Assembly (NCBI GenBank): GCA_016839555.1
Contig: JAEOUA010000012.1
Coordinates: 256,001-320,000, forward strand
DNA: 64,000 bases
DNA from: Promethearchaeota archaeon
GTDB lineage: Archaea > Asgardarchaeota > Lokiarchaeia > Sigyniarchaeales > SOKP01
Direction: 5' to 3'
Shown here in pieces: positions 10,425 to 20,312 of this stretch. The position numbers and the translations under genes are program-made. The notes beneath the pieces are model-generated. The model saw only the letters and a program-made list of their open reading frames with translations. It did no database searches and had not been told where the DNA came from. Numbering within the stretch: the first letter of the stretch is position 1; each line of letters opens with the position of its first letter.

Positions 10425-11189
10425 ATGATTGAGAACTTTCTTTTTGGAATCCTTCTTAGTTTAATAGCTGGCCTCTCAACATCAATAGGAGGACTTATGG
10501 CATTTGTCTTTAAAGATCCAGGCCCAAAATTCCTTTCGCTAATTATGGGATTTTCTGCTGGTGTGATGATATTCATTAGTTTCGCTGAATTACTTCAAGA
10601 AGCCATTTCTGTATATGGGATTTTTATAGGATCCTTATTTTTCTTTTTAGGAATGGGAATCATGTTTGTAATTGATTTAACCATCACCCATAAATATCAT
10701 TTTCAAGAGGATTATTTTAAGAAGGAATGTACAATTGATGAGAGATTGACAAAAGCCTCGCTTTTAGTTTTTCTTGGTATTTTTATACATAATCTACCTG
10801 AAGGATTAGCAACAATGGTTGGAACTTTAGAAAATCTCCAATTGGGAATAATTCTAGCAGTTGCAATCGCATTACATAATATTCCTGAAGGAATTGCAGT
10901 TGCTATACCTACATGTGCTTCAATGGAAAGTGAGAAAAAAGGATTTTTCTGGGCATTCTTATCAGGAATGGCTGAGCCGATAGGGGCATTAGTTTTTGGC
11001 TTAATTTTTCTACCTTTTATTAATGAATATATATTAACAGCACTATTAGCTATGGTAGCAGGGATTATGGTATATGTTTCTATAGATGAATTACTACCTG
11101 TATCCCACTGTTTTGGAAATGAGAATATGTCGATGATTGGTATAGTTAGTGGGATGTTTATTATGGCTTTGAGTTTGTCTTTTATTTAA
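10425..11189 (+). CDS. zupT: ZIP family zinc/divalent metal transporter
   Basis: HNLPEG, HNIPEG, SGMAEP and DELLP motifs. Confidence 0.93.
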   Translation: MIENFLFGILLSLIAGLSTSIGGLMAFVFKDPGPKFLSLIMGFSAGVMIFISFAELLQEAISVYGIFIGSLFFFLGMGIMFVIDLTITHKYHFQEDYFKKECTIDERLTKASLLVFLGIFIHNLPEGLATMVGTLENLQLGIILAVAIALHNIPEGIAVAIPTCASMESEKKGFFWAFLSGMAEPIGALVFGLIFLPFINEYILTALLAMVAGIMVYVSIDELLPVSHCFGNENMSMIGIVSGMFIMALSLSFI

Positions 11190-11209
11190 TGGAGTTTAAT
11201 TAAACTTTT

Positions 11210-12070
11210 TTAAGTTATTTTGAAGATCTTTTTTGCATTTTCATAAAAAATTTTTTTATAAAAATCTTTATCAAAATCAAATTCTAACAAACCTTCTGTG
11301 GATTTTTTATAATCATATGGTATATTTGGAAAATCACTCCCAAACAAAATTCTATTTTGAAATGATATTAATTCATCCTTATTTGGTTGCTTTACTTTCC
11401 GTTCCGGAAATATATTATTTGGAATAAAAACCATTGTAGTATCTAAATAGAGGTTATCATAATTATCTAATAAATTTAAGAACTTTTGATATTCAAAAGC
11501 TCCCATATGAGCAACAATAACATGAATATTCGGATATTTCTTAATGAATTTTAAAAAATTATCATATCCAACATATTTATTTTTATAGGGAGCAGTTCCA
11601 GCATGAATGCTGACCCATTTTCCTTGATCTACGATTATTTTATATATATCATTCATTCGGTCATCAAATGGATAAAAATTCTGTACTAAGGGCTGAATCT
11701 TAATCCCATAAAATTGATAGGAATTAAAAATCTTTTTAATATATTCTACTCGATTTTTATCTCCTGGCCAAATACAACCAAAAGAAATAGCATTTTTATA
11801 TGAGGTACTAAATTCATAAATCCACTCATTTAGCTTCTCTGCAATTCCCGCTTTATGAGCATAATTATATGTTGTAAAATGTGTGACGTTTTGATCTTTA
11901 AGAATCGAGATCATTTCATCAATACTTAATTTATATTTTATTGGCCAACCTTGAACTTTATTATTTTCATCTCTTCTTTCAAAAAATTTCCATATTGCTT
12001 TAAAAATATCTGTTGGAAATATATGAACATGTGAATCTATATATTTAAAATCTGTATGTTTATATCCCAT
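11210..12070 (-). CDS. amidohydrolase family 2 metal-dependent hydrolase
   Basis: IDSHVH, IHAG, VAHMG, ILFGSDFP. Confidence 0.9.
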   Translation of the reverse strand: MGYKHTDFKYIDSHVHIFPTDIFKAIWKFFERRDENNKVQGWPIKYKLSIDEMISILKDQNVTHFTTYNYAHKAGIAEKLNEWIYEFSTSYKNAISFGCIWPGDKNRVEYIKKIFNSYQFYGIKIQPLVQNFYPFDDRMNDIYKIIVDQGKWVSIHAGTAPYKNKYVGYDNFLKFIKKYPNIHVIVAHMGAFEYQKFLNLLDNYDNLYLDTTMVFIPNNIFPERKVKQPNKDELISFQNRILFGSDFPNIPYDYKKSTEGLLEFDFDKDFYKKIFYENAKKIFKIT

Positions 12071-12217
12071 TAATGAATAAAAATTTCTTTTTTTTAAAGA
12101 ATTTTTTAAAATCTTTCATAAAAAGCTTAAAATCTATAATTTATTGCTTTATCTTAATTCAATTGAATTAATTATTTAATATTTTTATAAAAAAAAATAA
12201 AAAAATAAAAATGAATT

Positions 12218-12373
12218 TTAATCTTTTCTCTCTAAAGAGGTGAGTTCATTTTTGAGTAAATCTCTTATGGCAACTCTTATAGCTTCCGAACGATTTGGAT
12301 AATAATTAGATTCTACTAATTCCTCAATACCTTTTAAATATTGTTCAGGAACATGACATGTAATTAGTTTTAT
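12218..12373 (-). CDS. ribbon-helix-helix (CopG/CdrS-like) transcriptional regulator, apparent ATA start; missing from the ORF track
   Basis: hand translation (I/M)KLITCHVPEQYLKGIEELVESNYYPNRSEAIRVAIRDLLKNELTSLERKD; YPNRSEAIR.A is a classic RHH motif. Confidence 0.88.
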   Translation of the reverse strand: MKLITCHVPEQYLKGIEELVESNYYPNRSEAIRVAIRDLLKNELTSLERKD

Positions 12374-12671
12374 AGTACCACACCTATTTTATTAAAAGTT
12401 TTTTATTATTAATTTTAAAAACAGAAATCTAAAATTTATATTAATATAATATAAGAATAATACACATACTCAACTGATAATTAACTACTTTTAATTCTAT
12501 TATTTTTACAAGTAATATGAATTATTAAAAAAAAGAATAAAAAATTGTTGTTATGATTACAAATTTAGAAATTCATATAAATTCATAAAAAAAAACTCAT
12601 AACCCATTAATTCAAGGTTATATAGGCTTTATGAGATTATCTAAATATGTTATATTAATTATCTTTTTTAT

Positions 12672-13169
12672 CTATTTATTATTTTCGATATCTATATTAA
12701 TTTTTTCTGGTTCTTTTTTACCGAGTTTAATCTTTAACAGTCCATTTTCCATCTTAGATTTAATTTCGCTTTTATTAATATCTGACGGCAAGGGTATGTC
12801 CATGTTTATTCCTTTTTCCCAAAGATTTGTGAAAATTGCCTTGATAAATTGATTTCCAGGAAATTTATTTCCTTTTTGCTCGGGAATCTTATTTTTTTCA
12901 ACAACACTCTCCTTTTTCTTAGCTTTTATATTAATAGTATTGCCGATAAGATTGATTTGAATATCCTCTTTAGCAAATCCTGGTAATGGAATAATCAGCA
13001 TATAATTTTCATTGTATTCTTCTATATAATACGGAATCCAACGTTCAATGTCTTTGATATGATCTTTCATATGATTCAAAAGATCTTTGAACATAGATGA
13101 CATACCTAAACTAAAAAATGGCATTGCTCCACCTCGATAATGAACATTTCGCTCATAGCCATAACACAT
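12672..13169 (-). CDS. Hsp20/alpha-crystallin small heat-shock protein
   Basis: LPGFAKEDI, IPLP, SKMENGLLKIKL; GGAGG upstream. Confidence 0.9.
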   Translation of the reverse strand: MCYGYERNVHYRGGAMPFFSLGMSSMFKDLLNHMKDHIKDIERWIPYYIEEYNENYMLIIPLPGFAKEDIQINLIGNTINIKAKKKESVVEKNKIPEQKGNKFPGNQFIKAIFTNLWEKGINMDIPLPSDINKSEIKSKMENGLLKIKLGKKEPEKINIDIENNK

Positions 13170-13204
13170 TTCTTATACCTCCTTTTTTATTTTTTATAAT
13201 ATAT

Positions 13205-13855
13205 TTAAAAATTCTCAAATTCTTCATCATCATCAACAATTGGTATTGGTTTAGCCTCTTTTTCTCGCATTTCCTCCAGTTTTTCTAATAAATTCTTATA
13301 TCTCCCAATTTCATCAGTAACTTTTTTTTCATAATTTTTTAAGTGCCTTTTTCGCCGCTCCAAATTAGATATAGTTCTTTTGATGCGATCAATATTTTCT
13401 CTTGACAGATCATTTTCTTTAATTTTTGCTTCAAAAGAATAATCATGGAACGGGAAACCACTGAAGATATCATCTATTTTTTCATCAAAATTAACTCCTT
13501 GTAGTATAGTCCTTATGAATTTACCAAGAGTATTAAGACTAGGTTTAAAATAACCTCTAAGAGCTTTATTAAGCTCTTCGGTTCCCTTATCAGTTATTGT
13601 GTAGACCTTTTTTTTCCGATTATTTTCATCTATTAATTCTTCAGCGTTTACAAATTCTTTCTCTAATAATCGATCCAATAAGGGATATATTGTCCCCGCA
13701 GATGCCTTCCACATTGGTTTAAATTTTTTATTTATTTGTTGCGTTAAGTCGTATCCAGTAATTTTTGGATGTATCTTTATTAATGATAATACCAAAATTT
13801 GTAGTCCAGATAATGAACTGCCATGATACCCACTAAACCTTTTACCAAAAAACAT
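13205..13855 (-). CDS. PadR family transcriptional regulator with C-terminal coiled coil
   Basis: GYDL, SAGTIYPLL.RL, KKVYTITDKG; GGAGG upstream. Confidence 0.92.
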   Translation of the reverse strand: MFFGKRFSGYHGSSLSGLQILVLSLIKIHPKITGYDLTQQINKKFKPMWKASAGTIYPLLDRLLEKEFVNAEELIDENNRKKKVYTITDKGTEELNKALRGYFKPSLNTLGKFIRTILQGVNFDEKIDDIFSGFPFHDYSFEAKIKENDLSRENIDRIKRTISNLERRKRHLKNYEKKVTDEIGRYKNLLEKLEEMREKEAKPIPIVDDDEEFENF

Positions 13856-13919
13856 TTATATTTCCTCCATTTTTGTTAATTTAAATTTCATATTGGACTG
13901 AAAGTACGTTCTGATTAAG

Positions 13920-14309
13920 TTAGTTTGGTTTTTGTTTTATCTGCATAATCTTATTATAAATTTCTGAGGGGATTTTATGTTCGATTTCACAGCAAAAATT
14001 GTTGATCACATCATCATCATTGATATTTAGAATATTTCTGAAAAATTCGATTAGAATCTCATATCGAGTATTAAGCTTTTTAGCAATATTTTTCCCCTTT
14101 TCTGTTAATCTAATAGACTTCCGTGGATCCCATTTAATGATTTTAAGGTCTTTTAGTTTATGTAGCATATTTGTAACAGAAGATGGTTTTATTTGTAATC
14201 CTTTGGCGATTTCCGAATTAGAAACCCAACCACCATGATTCTTTTTTGAAATTTTATCGATTATTTTAATATAATCTTCTTGACTTTCACAAAGTTCTAT
14301 ATCATCCAC
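13920..14309 (-). CDS. DtxR/MntR family metal-dependent regulator
   Basis: EDYIKII, IA..L.IKPSSVTNMLHKL HTH, LTEKG, CEIEH. Confidence 0.9.
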   Translation of the reverse strand: MDDIELCESQEDYIKIIDKISKKNHGGWVSNSEIAKGLQIKPSSVTNMLHKLKDLKIIKWDPRKSIRLTEKGKNIAKKLNTRYEILIEFFRNILNINDDDVINNFCCEIEHKIPSEIYNKIMQIKQKPN

Positions 14310-14336
14310 TTTTTATACCTTCAGTCAATATTTTTT

Positions 14337-14422
14337 TATGTTCGATTTTTTATACATTATTCGATTTTATATATATTACAGATCGAATACTCCTTTATAA
14401 ATATTATCATAAATCGAACATA
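14337..14422. promoter_or_regulatory. nested inverted-repeat operator array around the TATA box of the mntR-padR-hsp20 genes
   Basis: TATGTTCGATTT (14337-48)/AAATCGAACATA (14411-22) and TATTCGAT (14358-65)/ATCGAATA (14382-89); TTTATAAA at ~14394-14401. Confidence 0.6.
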
Positions 14423-14640
14423 TCAAGAAAACTGGTAAATTTCGAATTCAATCATTTTAGAGATTTTAGGATAATATTACATCTTCAAGATAATTTAAAA
14501 TTTACTTTATAAGAGAAATATAGATGATAAAAAATATTTCTCCTATTAAATTAATATTCATACTAATTATTATTCTCAAAAATAAATTTATAAAGGATGA
14601 TGAAAAAATTCTGCGAATTTAAATTGTTAAATTCTAAATA

Positions 14641-14925
14641 ATGAAAGAACAACATATGAATTTTTATAAAGAGACAATAGAGATATATGAGAGCATAGAT
14701 CTTAATTCTGATGAGAAAGAAATTGCTTTTTGTAAAATAATTACAAAATTAATGAGATTATATACAAAAAAATATACTCTTGACGAAATTAAGAACTATC
14801 TAATTTTTGTGTTAATGCTATATAAAGATATATTAAAAAAGGCCTATAACCCAGGAACTTCATTGAATGAATTAAGTTATAGAAAGAGAAAAAAGGTATA
14901 TGATATCCTGATTTCTGAACTCTAA
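14641..14925 (+). CDS. hypothetical protein
   Basis: 94 aa ATG ORF. Confidence 0.6.
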   Translation: MKEQHMNFYKETIEIYESIDLNSDEKEIAFCKIITKLMRLYTKKYTLDEIKNYLIFVLMLYKDILKKAYNPGTSLNELSYRKRKKVYDILISEL

Positions 14926-14993
14926 AAAATGCTCTAATGTATCAATATTAATTATTTTTTTTTATGTTACACTTTTTTAAAAAAGAACAGAAC

Positions 14994-15332
14994 TTAATAT
15001 TCTCTCCAAGTATTTTTACATTTTAAACATCGAAAAAAGGTAGTACTGGGTTCATCTGCACTTCTAGTTTGTTCTTGCCAAGTTTCAGCTTTAGAATATT
15101 TACATTTGGGGCATATTCTATTAACAATAAGATTAACTGAAATTTTATCTTCCGGATTCACTACAATTAGATTTTTTTCAAGAGCCTTTTTTTTCTCTTC
15201 AATTTTTTTTCTTTTTTTTTTATCATCAATGATAATTGGTTTTTTAAATCCACATCTACACGCCAAATATGTTTTTCCATTACTGATTGTTTTCCTTAAT
15301 AATGAACCACATTCAGGGCAAAATTCTACCAT
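14994..15332 (-). CDS. tfs: transcription factor S (TFS/RpoM)
   Basis: N-terminal FCPECG, C-terminal zinc ribbon with QTRSADEP. Confidence 0.93.
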   Translation of the reverse strand: MVEFCPECGSLLRKTISNGKTYLACRCGFKKPIIIDDKKKRKKIEEKKKALEKNLIVVNPEDKISVNLIVNRICPKCKYSKAETWQEQTRSADEPSTTFFRCLKCKNTWREY

Positions 15333-15352
15333 TGTTAAACAGTTTTTATATT

Positions 15353-15685
15353 TTATTCTTCAAGTAGCTCTTTCTTTAATTCGTATAATTTACGATAATA
15401 TTTGAAATTCAGCTTATTCATATCTTGAATAATAAGACTATCCAAAATTTTTTCACCAGAAGTGGTAATACGGAGTTCTCCTATAACATTAATCAAATCT
15501 TCTTCATTAAAATTAAATTCTACATCCTTTAAATCAACCTTCAACTGAGCTGATTCGTCATTAAGCAAAATTGTATTATCTTCGTTAATTTTTTTCACAT
15601 ACCCAGTAACTTGAATTTGTAAATCATCGTTTTTAATATCATTAATAATTCTCTGTTTTGCATATTGATTTTCCATTTCAATCAC
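15353..15685 (-). CDS. single OB-fold protein, RPA14/RPA3-like
   Basis: V.G.V...LND...VIG OB pattern followed by IIQD and a C-terminal helix. Confidence 0.6.
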   Translation of the reverse strand: MIEMENQYAKQRIINDIKNDDLQIQVTGYVKKINEDNTILLNDESAQLKVDLKDVEFNFNEEDLINVIGELRITTSGEKILDSLIIQDMNKLNFKYYRKLYELKKELLEE

Positions 15686-15851
15686 AATTAAAAAATTTTT
15701 GAATTAATTACTAATAATTATAGAATTATTTATAGTCAGATTTTAATTGTTAAATGAGTAATATTATTAAATCACTAATATTAAATTTATTAATATAAAA
15801 AATCTTAATTGCTATTAATATTTAGATAAAATAGGTATTAAAGAGCGGAAT

Positions 15852-16655
15852 ATGTCGAATTTTAAGTTAAAACTAGAAAATAGTCGGGTTTTAAAAGGAA
15901 TTGTGGAAACTCTATCAAGTATAATTGATGAAACTGAATTTAAGGTGACTCCGGATGAATTTATGATAACAGCCATGGATCCGAGTCGAATATGTTTGTT
16001 AAAATTATCAATTAAGAAAGAAGATTTTGATGAATATGAATGTGATGAGGATACAAAAGTAGGTCTTAATTTAGATGATTTAGATAAAATTTTGAAAAGA
16101 AGTTCAACCGATGATTCAATTCAAATAGATTTTAAAGAAGCTGATAATAAAATTAAAATTATTATGCAAAGAGAGGGTATGACAAGAACAAGAACCTTTA
16201 GTTTGGCTCTTTTAGATATTGATATAGAGGAAATACCCATGGATAATCTATTACAGATAGAATATCCATCAAAATGGGTTATTGACCCAGAATTTTTGGT
16301 TGAAGCGATAAAAGATGCAGAAATTTATTCAGAGATATTAAATATTAAAGCAGAAGAAGAAAAAGGGTTAACATTTAGTTCTTCGGGGCAAATAGGGGAA
16401 ATGATATATAATCTCGGGTCAGAGGATTTGATTGAGACTCAAATAACCGATAAAAATACAGGAGCTTATAGTCTCACCTTTTTAAAAGCTATCTTAAAAA
16501 TTGCCCCCATTACAGAGAAACTTGAAATCTCCTTAAAAACAGATCATCCTCTCAAAATGATTTATAATTTGCTCGAAGGGGGCGAATTGAGCTATTTTCT
16601 TGCCCCTCGTGTAGAAGAAACCGAATTCGAAGACGAAGATATGGATGAATTTTAG
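15852..16655 (+). CDS. pcna: DNA polymerase sliding clamp PCNA
   Basis: AMDPSR, YFLAPRVE, acidic tail. Confidence 0.96.
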   Translation: MSNFKLKLENSRVLKGIVETLSSIIDETEFKVTPDEFMITAMDPSRICLLKLSIKKEDFDEYECDEDTKVGLNLDDLDKILKRSSTDDSIQIDFKEADNKIKIIMQREGMTRTRTFSLALLDIDIEEIPMDNLLQIEYPSKWVIDPEFLVEAIKDAEIYSEILNIKAEEEKGLTFSSSGQIGEMIYNLGSEDLIETQITDKNTGAYSLTFLKAILKIAPITEKLEISLKTDHPLKMIYNLLEGGELSYFLAPRVEETEFEDEDMDEF

Positions 16656-16793
16656 TCATTCTTTAAATATTAAAATTATATAACTATTATTACAGAAAAT
16701 AGACCCTCTCTCCATATATTTTATATCTATAATTTTCTATCCTTAATATATATAAATATTATTCCTATAGCTGTAAGAGAGGTTTAAAATCTT

Positions 16794-17993
16794 TTGAATA
16801 GTGAGATAGAACTTCAATTGGAATTATTACAGCATTACCCATGGCTTCCTTCATTAAAAAAGATATATCAAGACATTGCCTCAAAAGATCCTTCTCAATT
16901 TATTTCAGAAATTTTTTCCAATGAAGAGAGCCAAATAAAGGAGAGGATTTTAAATCTATTTAATGCAGCGTTTAATAATTTAGAAAATATTGGGAATTAT
17001 GAGATAAATGAAACCAATATTAATTTTTACCTAATTTTAAAAATCCTATTATATCTATTAAATACAGATTCTATTACCAATAGAATTGCAAATTTATATT
17101 CTAAAATAATGTATAAAGAATTATTAGCAGAAAATGACCATTATATTTATCAAATCTGTAAAGATCTTAATTTAGATGTAAAATATTACCAGAATCCCAT
17201 TCAATATAGAATAAGGATTGTAAAAGATAAAAAAGAAATTTCAAAGACTAATTATCGGATTCATTATATTGATTATTTAAAACTTAGTTCTAAATTGCAC
17301 GATGATTATAGAAAATTAGTTAATAATCCAATTTCCGAAGGATATGTGTTTATTTTAAAGAAAAACTTGGTTAGACTTTTACAAGAATATGTAAGGATTA
17401 AAATCCTCGAAATCAAAAATAAGAATGAAAAAGAAATTGATAATTTAAAAGAAAAAATCCTAAAGATTCGCGAGTTTAAGTCCTTATATGATCAAATTTT
17501 AAGTATATGGGAATTGAAAAAAGAAGAATTAGAATATTCTATAGATATAGAACTTATAGAAGGAGAAGATATAACGGACATATTTCCTCCTTGTATAAAA
17601 CATATTCTTTCCCAAGCAAAAGAAGGACAAAATCTTACTCATACAGAACGGCTCTTTCTCACATTTTTTCTTCATGCTTTGGAATATCCTATTAAAAAAA
17701 TTGTAGATATTTTTTCAACTCTTCCAGATTTTGACAGAGAAAAAACCTCATATCAAGTGACATTTGCAAAGAATAAGGGATATACCCCCCATTCTTGTGA
17801 AACTTTAAAATCTCTTAAATTATGTAAAGCGTCTAAATATTCTGATGAGTTGTGTTTAAAAGGATATTATTCAAAAAAATTACAACAAAATAAGAAAATT
17901 AAACATCCTCTTTTTTATGTTCAATTCAAGCATTATAAATATTCCAATGGGAAAAATGAAAAAACTAAACTAAACGAAAAAAATGGAAATTAA
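16794..17993 (+). CDS. priL: DNA primase large subunit
   Basis: YPWL, FPPCI, H.ER, PDFD...T.YQV, Y.PHSC Fe-S domain. Confidence 0.93.
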   Translation: MNSEIELQLELLQHYPWLPSLKKIYQDIASKDPSQFISEIFSNEESQIKERILNLFNAAFNNLENIGNYEINETNINFYLILKILLYLLNTDSITNRIANLYSKIMYKELLAENDHYIYQICKDLNLDVKYYQNPIQYRIRIVKDKKEISKTNYRIHYIDYLKLSSKLHDDYRKLVNNPISEGYVFILKKNLVRLLQEYVRIKILEIKNKNEKEIDNLKEKILKIREFKSLYDQILSIWELKKEELEYSIDIELIEGEDITDIFPPCIKHILSQAKEGQNLTHTERLFLTFFLHALEYPIKKIVDIFSTLPDFDREKTSYQVTFAKNKGYTPHSCETLKSLKLCKASKYSDELCLKGYYSKKLQQNKKIKHPLFYVQFKHYKYSNGKNEKTKLNEKNGN

Positions 17994-19251
17994 TTATCTT
18001 CAGCGAGTATTTCAAGCGTATTATAAAGAGAGAAAAAGCGAGATTCCCTCAGTTAGCACCATTAATAATAGGGAGTTCGGATTTATCCCTTGGAATAAAG
18101 CAATTATGATCCGACATATGGGTTTCAAAGATTTACAAGCCCTAAAAGATTATCTTATCGAAAGTTCCCCTCGCCATGTTTATTCGAGCGGATCACTCTA
18201 TTCAATGCCTGAGAATACTAATATGGATCAAAAAGGATACCAGGGCTGCGATTTAATAGTTGATATCGATGTGGATCACTTTTATACTTCTTGCAAAGAC
18301 GATCATGATATTTGGATTTGTAAAGAGTGTGATTCTTCTGGAAAAGGAATGATCACTAAATGTCCCAAATGTGGAAGCTTAAAATTTTCCACTTTAAATT
18401 GGATTTGCGAAGAATGCCTAGAGACCGCAAAAAATGAAATTATTAAATTATTAGAAGAATTTTTAGTGCCAGACTTTGATATTAGCCTTGAGCAAGCCAA
18501 AATTGCTTTTTCAGGCCATAGAGGATATCATTTAAAAATAGAAAATGATAAAATAAGGGCTCTCACAACTCATGAAAGAAGAGAAATAGCTGATTATCTA
18601 ACTGGTCATAATATATCTTTCGAAATTTTAGGTCTCCAACAAATTGGTTCTAATATTTACGGATTAATAGGTAATAATTTAGATTGGTCTCAGAAAATAA
18701 TCAACAAAATTAAAGACATATTAAGAAATTATTCTGATAACCAAATTAAAGATTTATTATTTCAGTTTGGATTTAATAAGAATGTAGTAAAAAGTTTTAT
18801 TAATTCAAAGCAAGATTTTTTATATACGATAACTAATAACACTCATAACCTATGGAACATAGAAGGATTTGGAATAAATAATTGGAAAAAATTTTTAAAA
18901 GGAATTATTCATCAAATAGGAGTGGAGATCGATGAACCTGTGTTAATTGATATTCATAGACTAATTAGATATCCTGGGTCATTACATGGGAAGACAGGTT
19001 TTAAAGTACAAGAATTAACCATAAAACAATTATATGATTTTAACCCTTTAAATGAGAATCGGGATGATTTAAATCCAATCATATTTGAAAGCAAAAAAAA
19101 CATGCAAAAAATAAAAATTGTTGAATCAGAAGTACCTAAAACAAAGATTAAGGGGGATACTTATGGTCCTTATTTTAAGGATGAAATTATAGAAGTCCCT
19201 AATCACATCGCAATTTTTTTACTCTGTAAAGAAGTTGCTGTTCCTGTCTAA
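17983..19251 (+). CDS. priS: DNA primase small (catalytic) subunit
   Basis: REFGF, DIDVD, FSGHRGYH, IDEPV.IDIHRLIRYPGSLHGKTG. Confidence 0.96.
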   Translation: MEINYLQRVFQAYYKERKSEIPSVSTINNREFGFIPWNKAIMIRHMGFKDLQALKDYLIESSPRHVYSSGSLYSMPENTNMDQKGYQGCDLIVDIDVDHFYTSCKDDHDIWICKECDSSGKGMITKCPKCGSLKFSTLNWICEECLETAKNEIIKLLEEFLVPDFDISLEQAKIAFSGHRGYHLKIENDKIRALTTHERREIADYLTGHNISFEILGLQQIGSNIYGLIGNNLDWSQKIINKIKDILRNYSDNQIKDLLFQFGFNKNVVKSFINSKQDFLYTITNNTHNLWNIEGFGINNWKKFLKGIIHQIGVEIDEPVLIDIHRLIRYPGSLHGKTGFKVQELTIKQLYDFNPLNENRDDLNPIIFESKKNMQKIKIVESEVPKTKIKGDTYGPYFKDEIIEVPNHIAIFLLCKEVAVPV

Positions 19252-19416
19252 ATTTTAAAAATTAAAAATCAATTTTATTATTAGATACTAATTCTAATTA
19301 AATTTGATATTGGTTTTGAAAAATATCAATTAGGAAATAATAATAAATTATTTTGAAATTTCATTAAACTATTTAATAAATTTGGAAGCTTCTTAATTAT
19401 AAATATTTCTGATTAT

Positions 19417-20088
19417 ATGAATATTGAAGAAGAGTACGAACGACTATATAATCATTGGTTCCAAGAGTTCAATGAAGCAGATTTAACAAGATTCTCACAA
19501 GAATTATTTAATAATTATAAAAACCTCATAGATTCTATTAATGAATTTGAACTTCATAAAGATGAAACGCTTGAAAACCAAATATTAAAAGAATATAAAA
19601 AAAACTTAAATTTTCTTTTTAATGATTTATTAAAAATCCGAAAGATAAAAATAATTAATGCTTCCCTTTCTCTTAAAGAAATTGATTTAAATTTGTTAAT
19701 CGAAGCAGAAAAATTATTATATCAAAACATTGTGGCTTCTATTAAAGGATTTGAAAAAATTAAGGCTCTCTTGACTAACTTAACCGATAAAAAATATAGT
19801 TTTGATGACTTACAAATATCTCTTAAATCTCAGGAAATATCAGAGCTTAATGAATCCCCCGCCATTCAACAAGATCAAAGATCTATTGAAGGAGATTATA
19901 TCGCAGAAGAAATAGAAGATAAAATTGAATATGGTCTTATCAGATTCTTGGAAAATAACCCAGCAATAGTAGGGATTGATCTTTTCAATTATGGCCCTTT
20001 TAAAAAAGAAGATGTCGTAAACTTACCTTATAAAAATGCTGTAATATTGGTTAATGAAAAAATAGCAGAATTCATTTCTATAAATTAG
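19417..20088 (+). CDS. GINS15-type DNA replication protein
   Basis: helical A domain (R..KI) plus C-terminal B domain VGID..NYGPF..ED...LP..NA; follows priS. Confidence 0.88.
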   Translation: MNIEEEYERLYNHWFQEFNEADLTRFSQELFNNYKNLIDSINEFELHKDETLENQILKEYKKNLNFLFNDLLKIRKIKIINASLSLKEIDLNLLIEAEKLLYQNIVASIKGFEKIKALLTNLTDKKYSFDDLQISLKSQEISELNESPAIQQDQRSIEGDYIAEEIEDKIEYGLIRFLENNPAIVGIDLFNYGPFKKEDVVNLPYKNAVILVNEKIAEFISIN

Positions 20089-20276
20089 ATCTTATTGAAT
20101 TTTTCATCAAATTCCTTTTTAAAATATTCTATTCTATATTTTTGGTATTTATCAATTAGGGAAAACTTCGGAGGTATCGCATTAATCTGAGAACCTCCGC
20201 AATATGGACATTTTGATTGGGCATTTTTTAAACTGTATTTTCCACAATTTTTACATTTCTTTAAATATTTTGTCAT
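20085..20276 (-). CDS. nop10: H/ACA RNP protein Nop10
   Basis: CxxC..CxxC then PPKFS..DKY.KYR; downstream of aIF2-alpha. Confidence 0.93.
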   Translation of the reverse strand: MTKYLKKCKNCGKYSLKNAQSKCPYCGGSQINAIPPKFSLIDKYQKYRIEYFKKEFDEKFNKI

Positions 20277-20312
20277 AAAGATCTTCTAATTTCTAAAAAT
20301 AAATATATCTAT

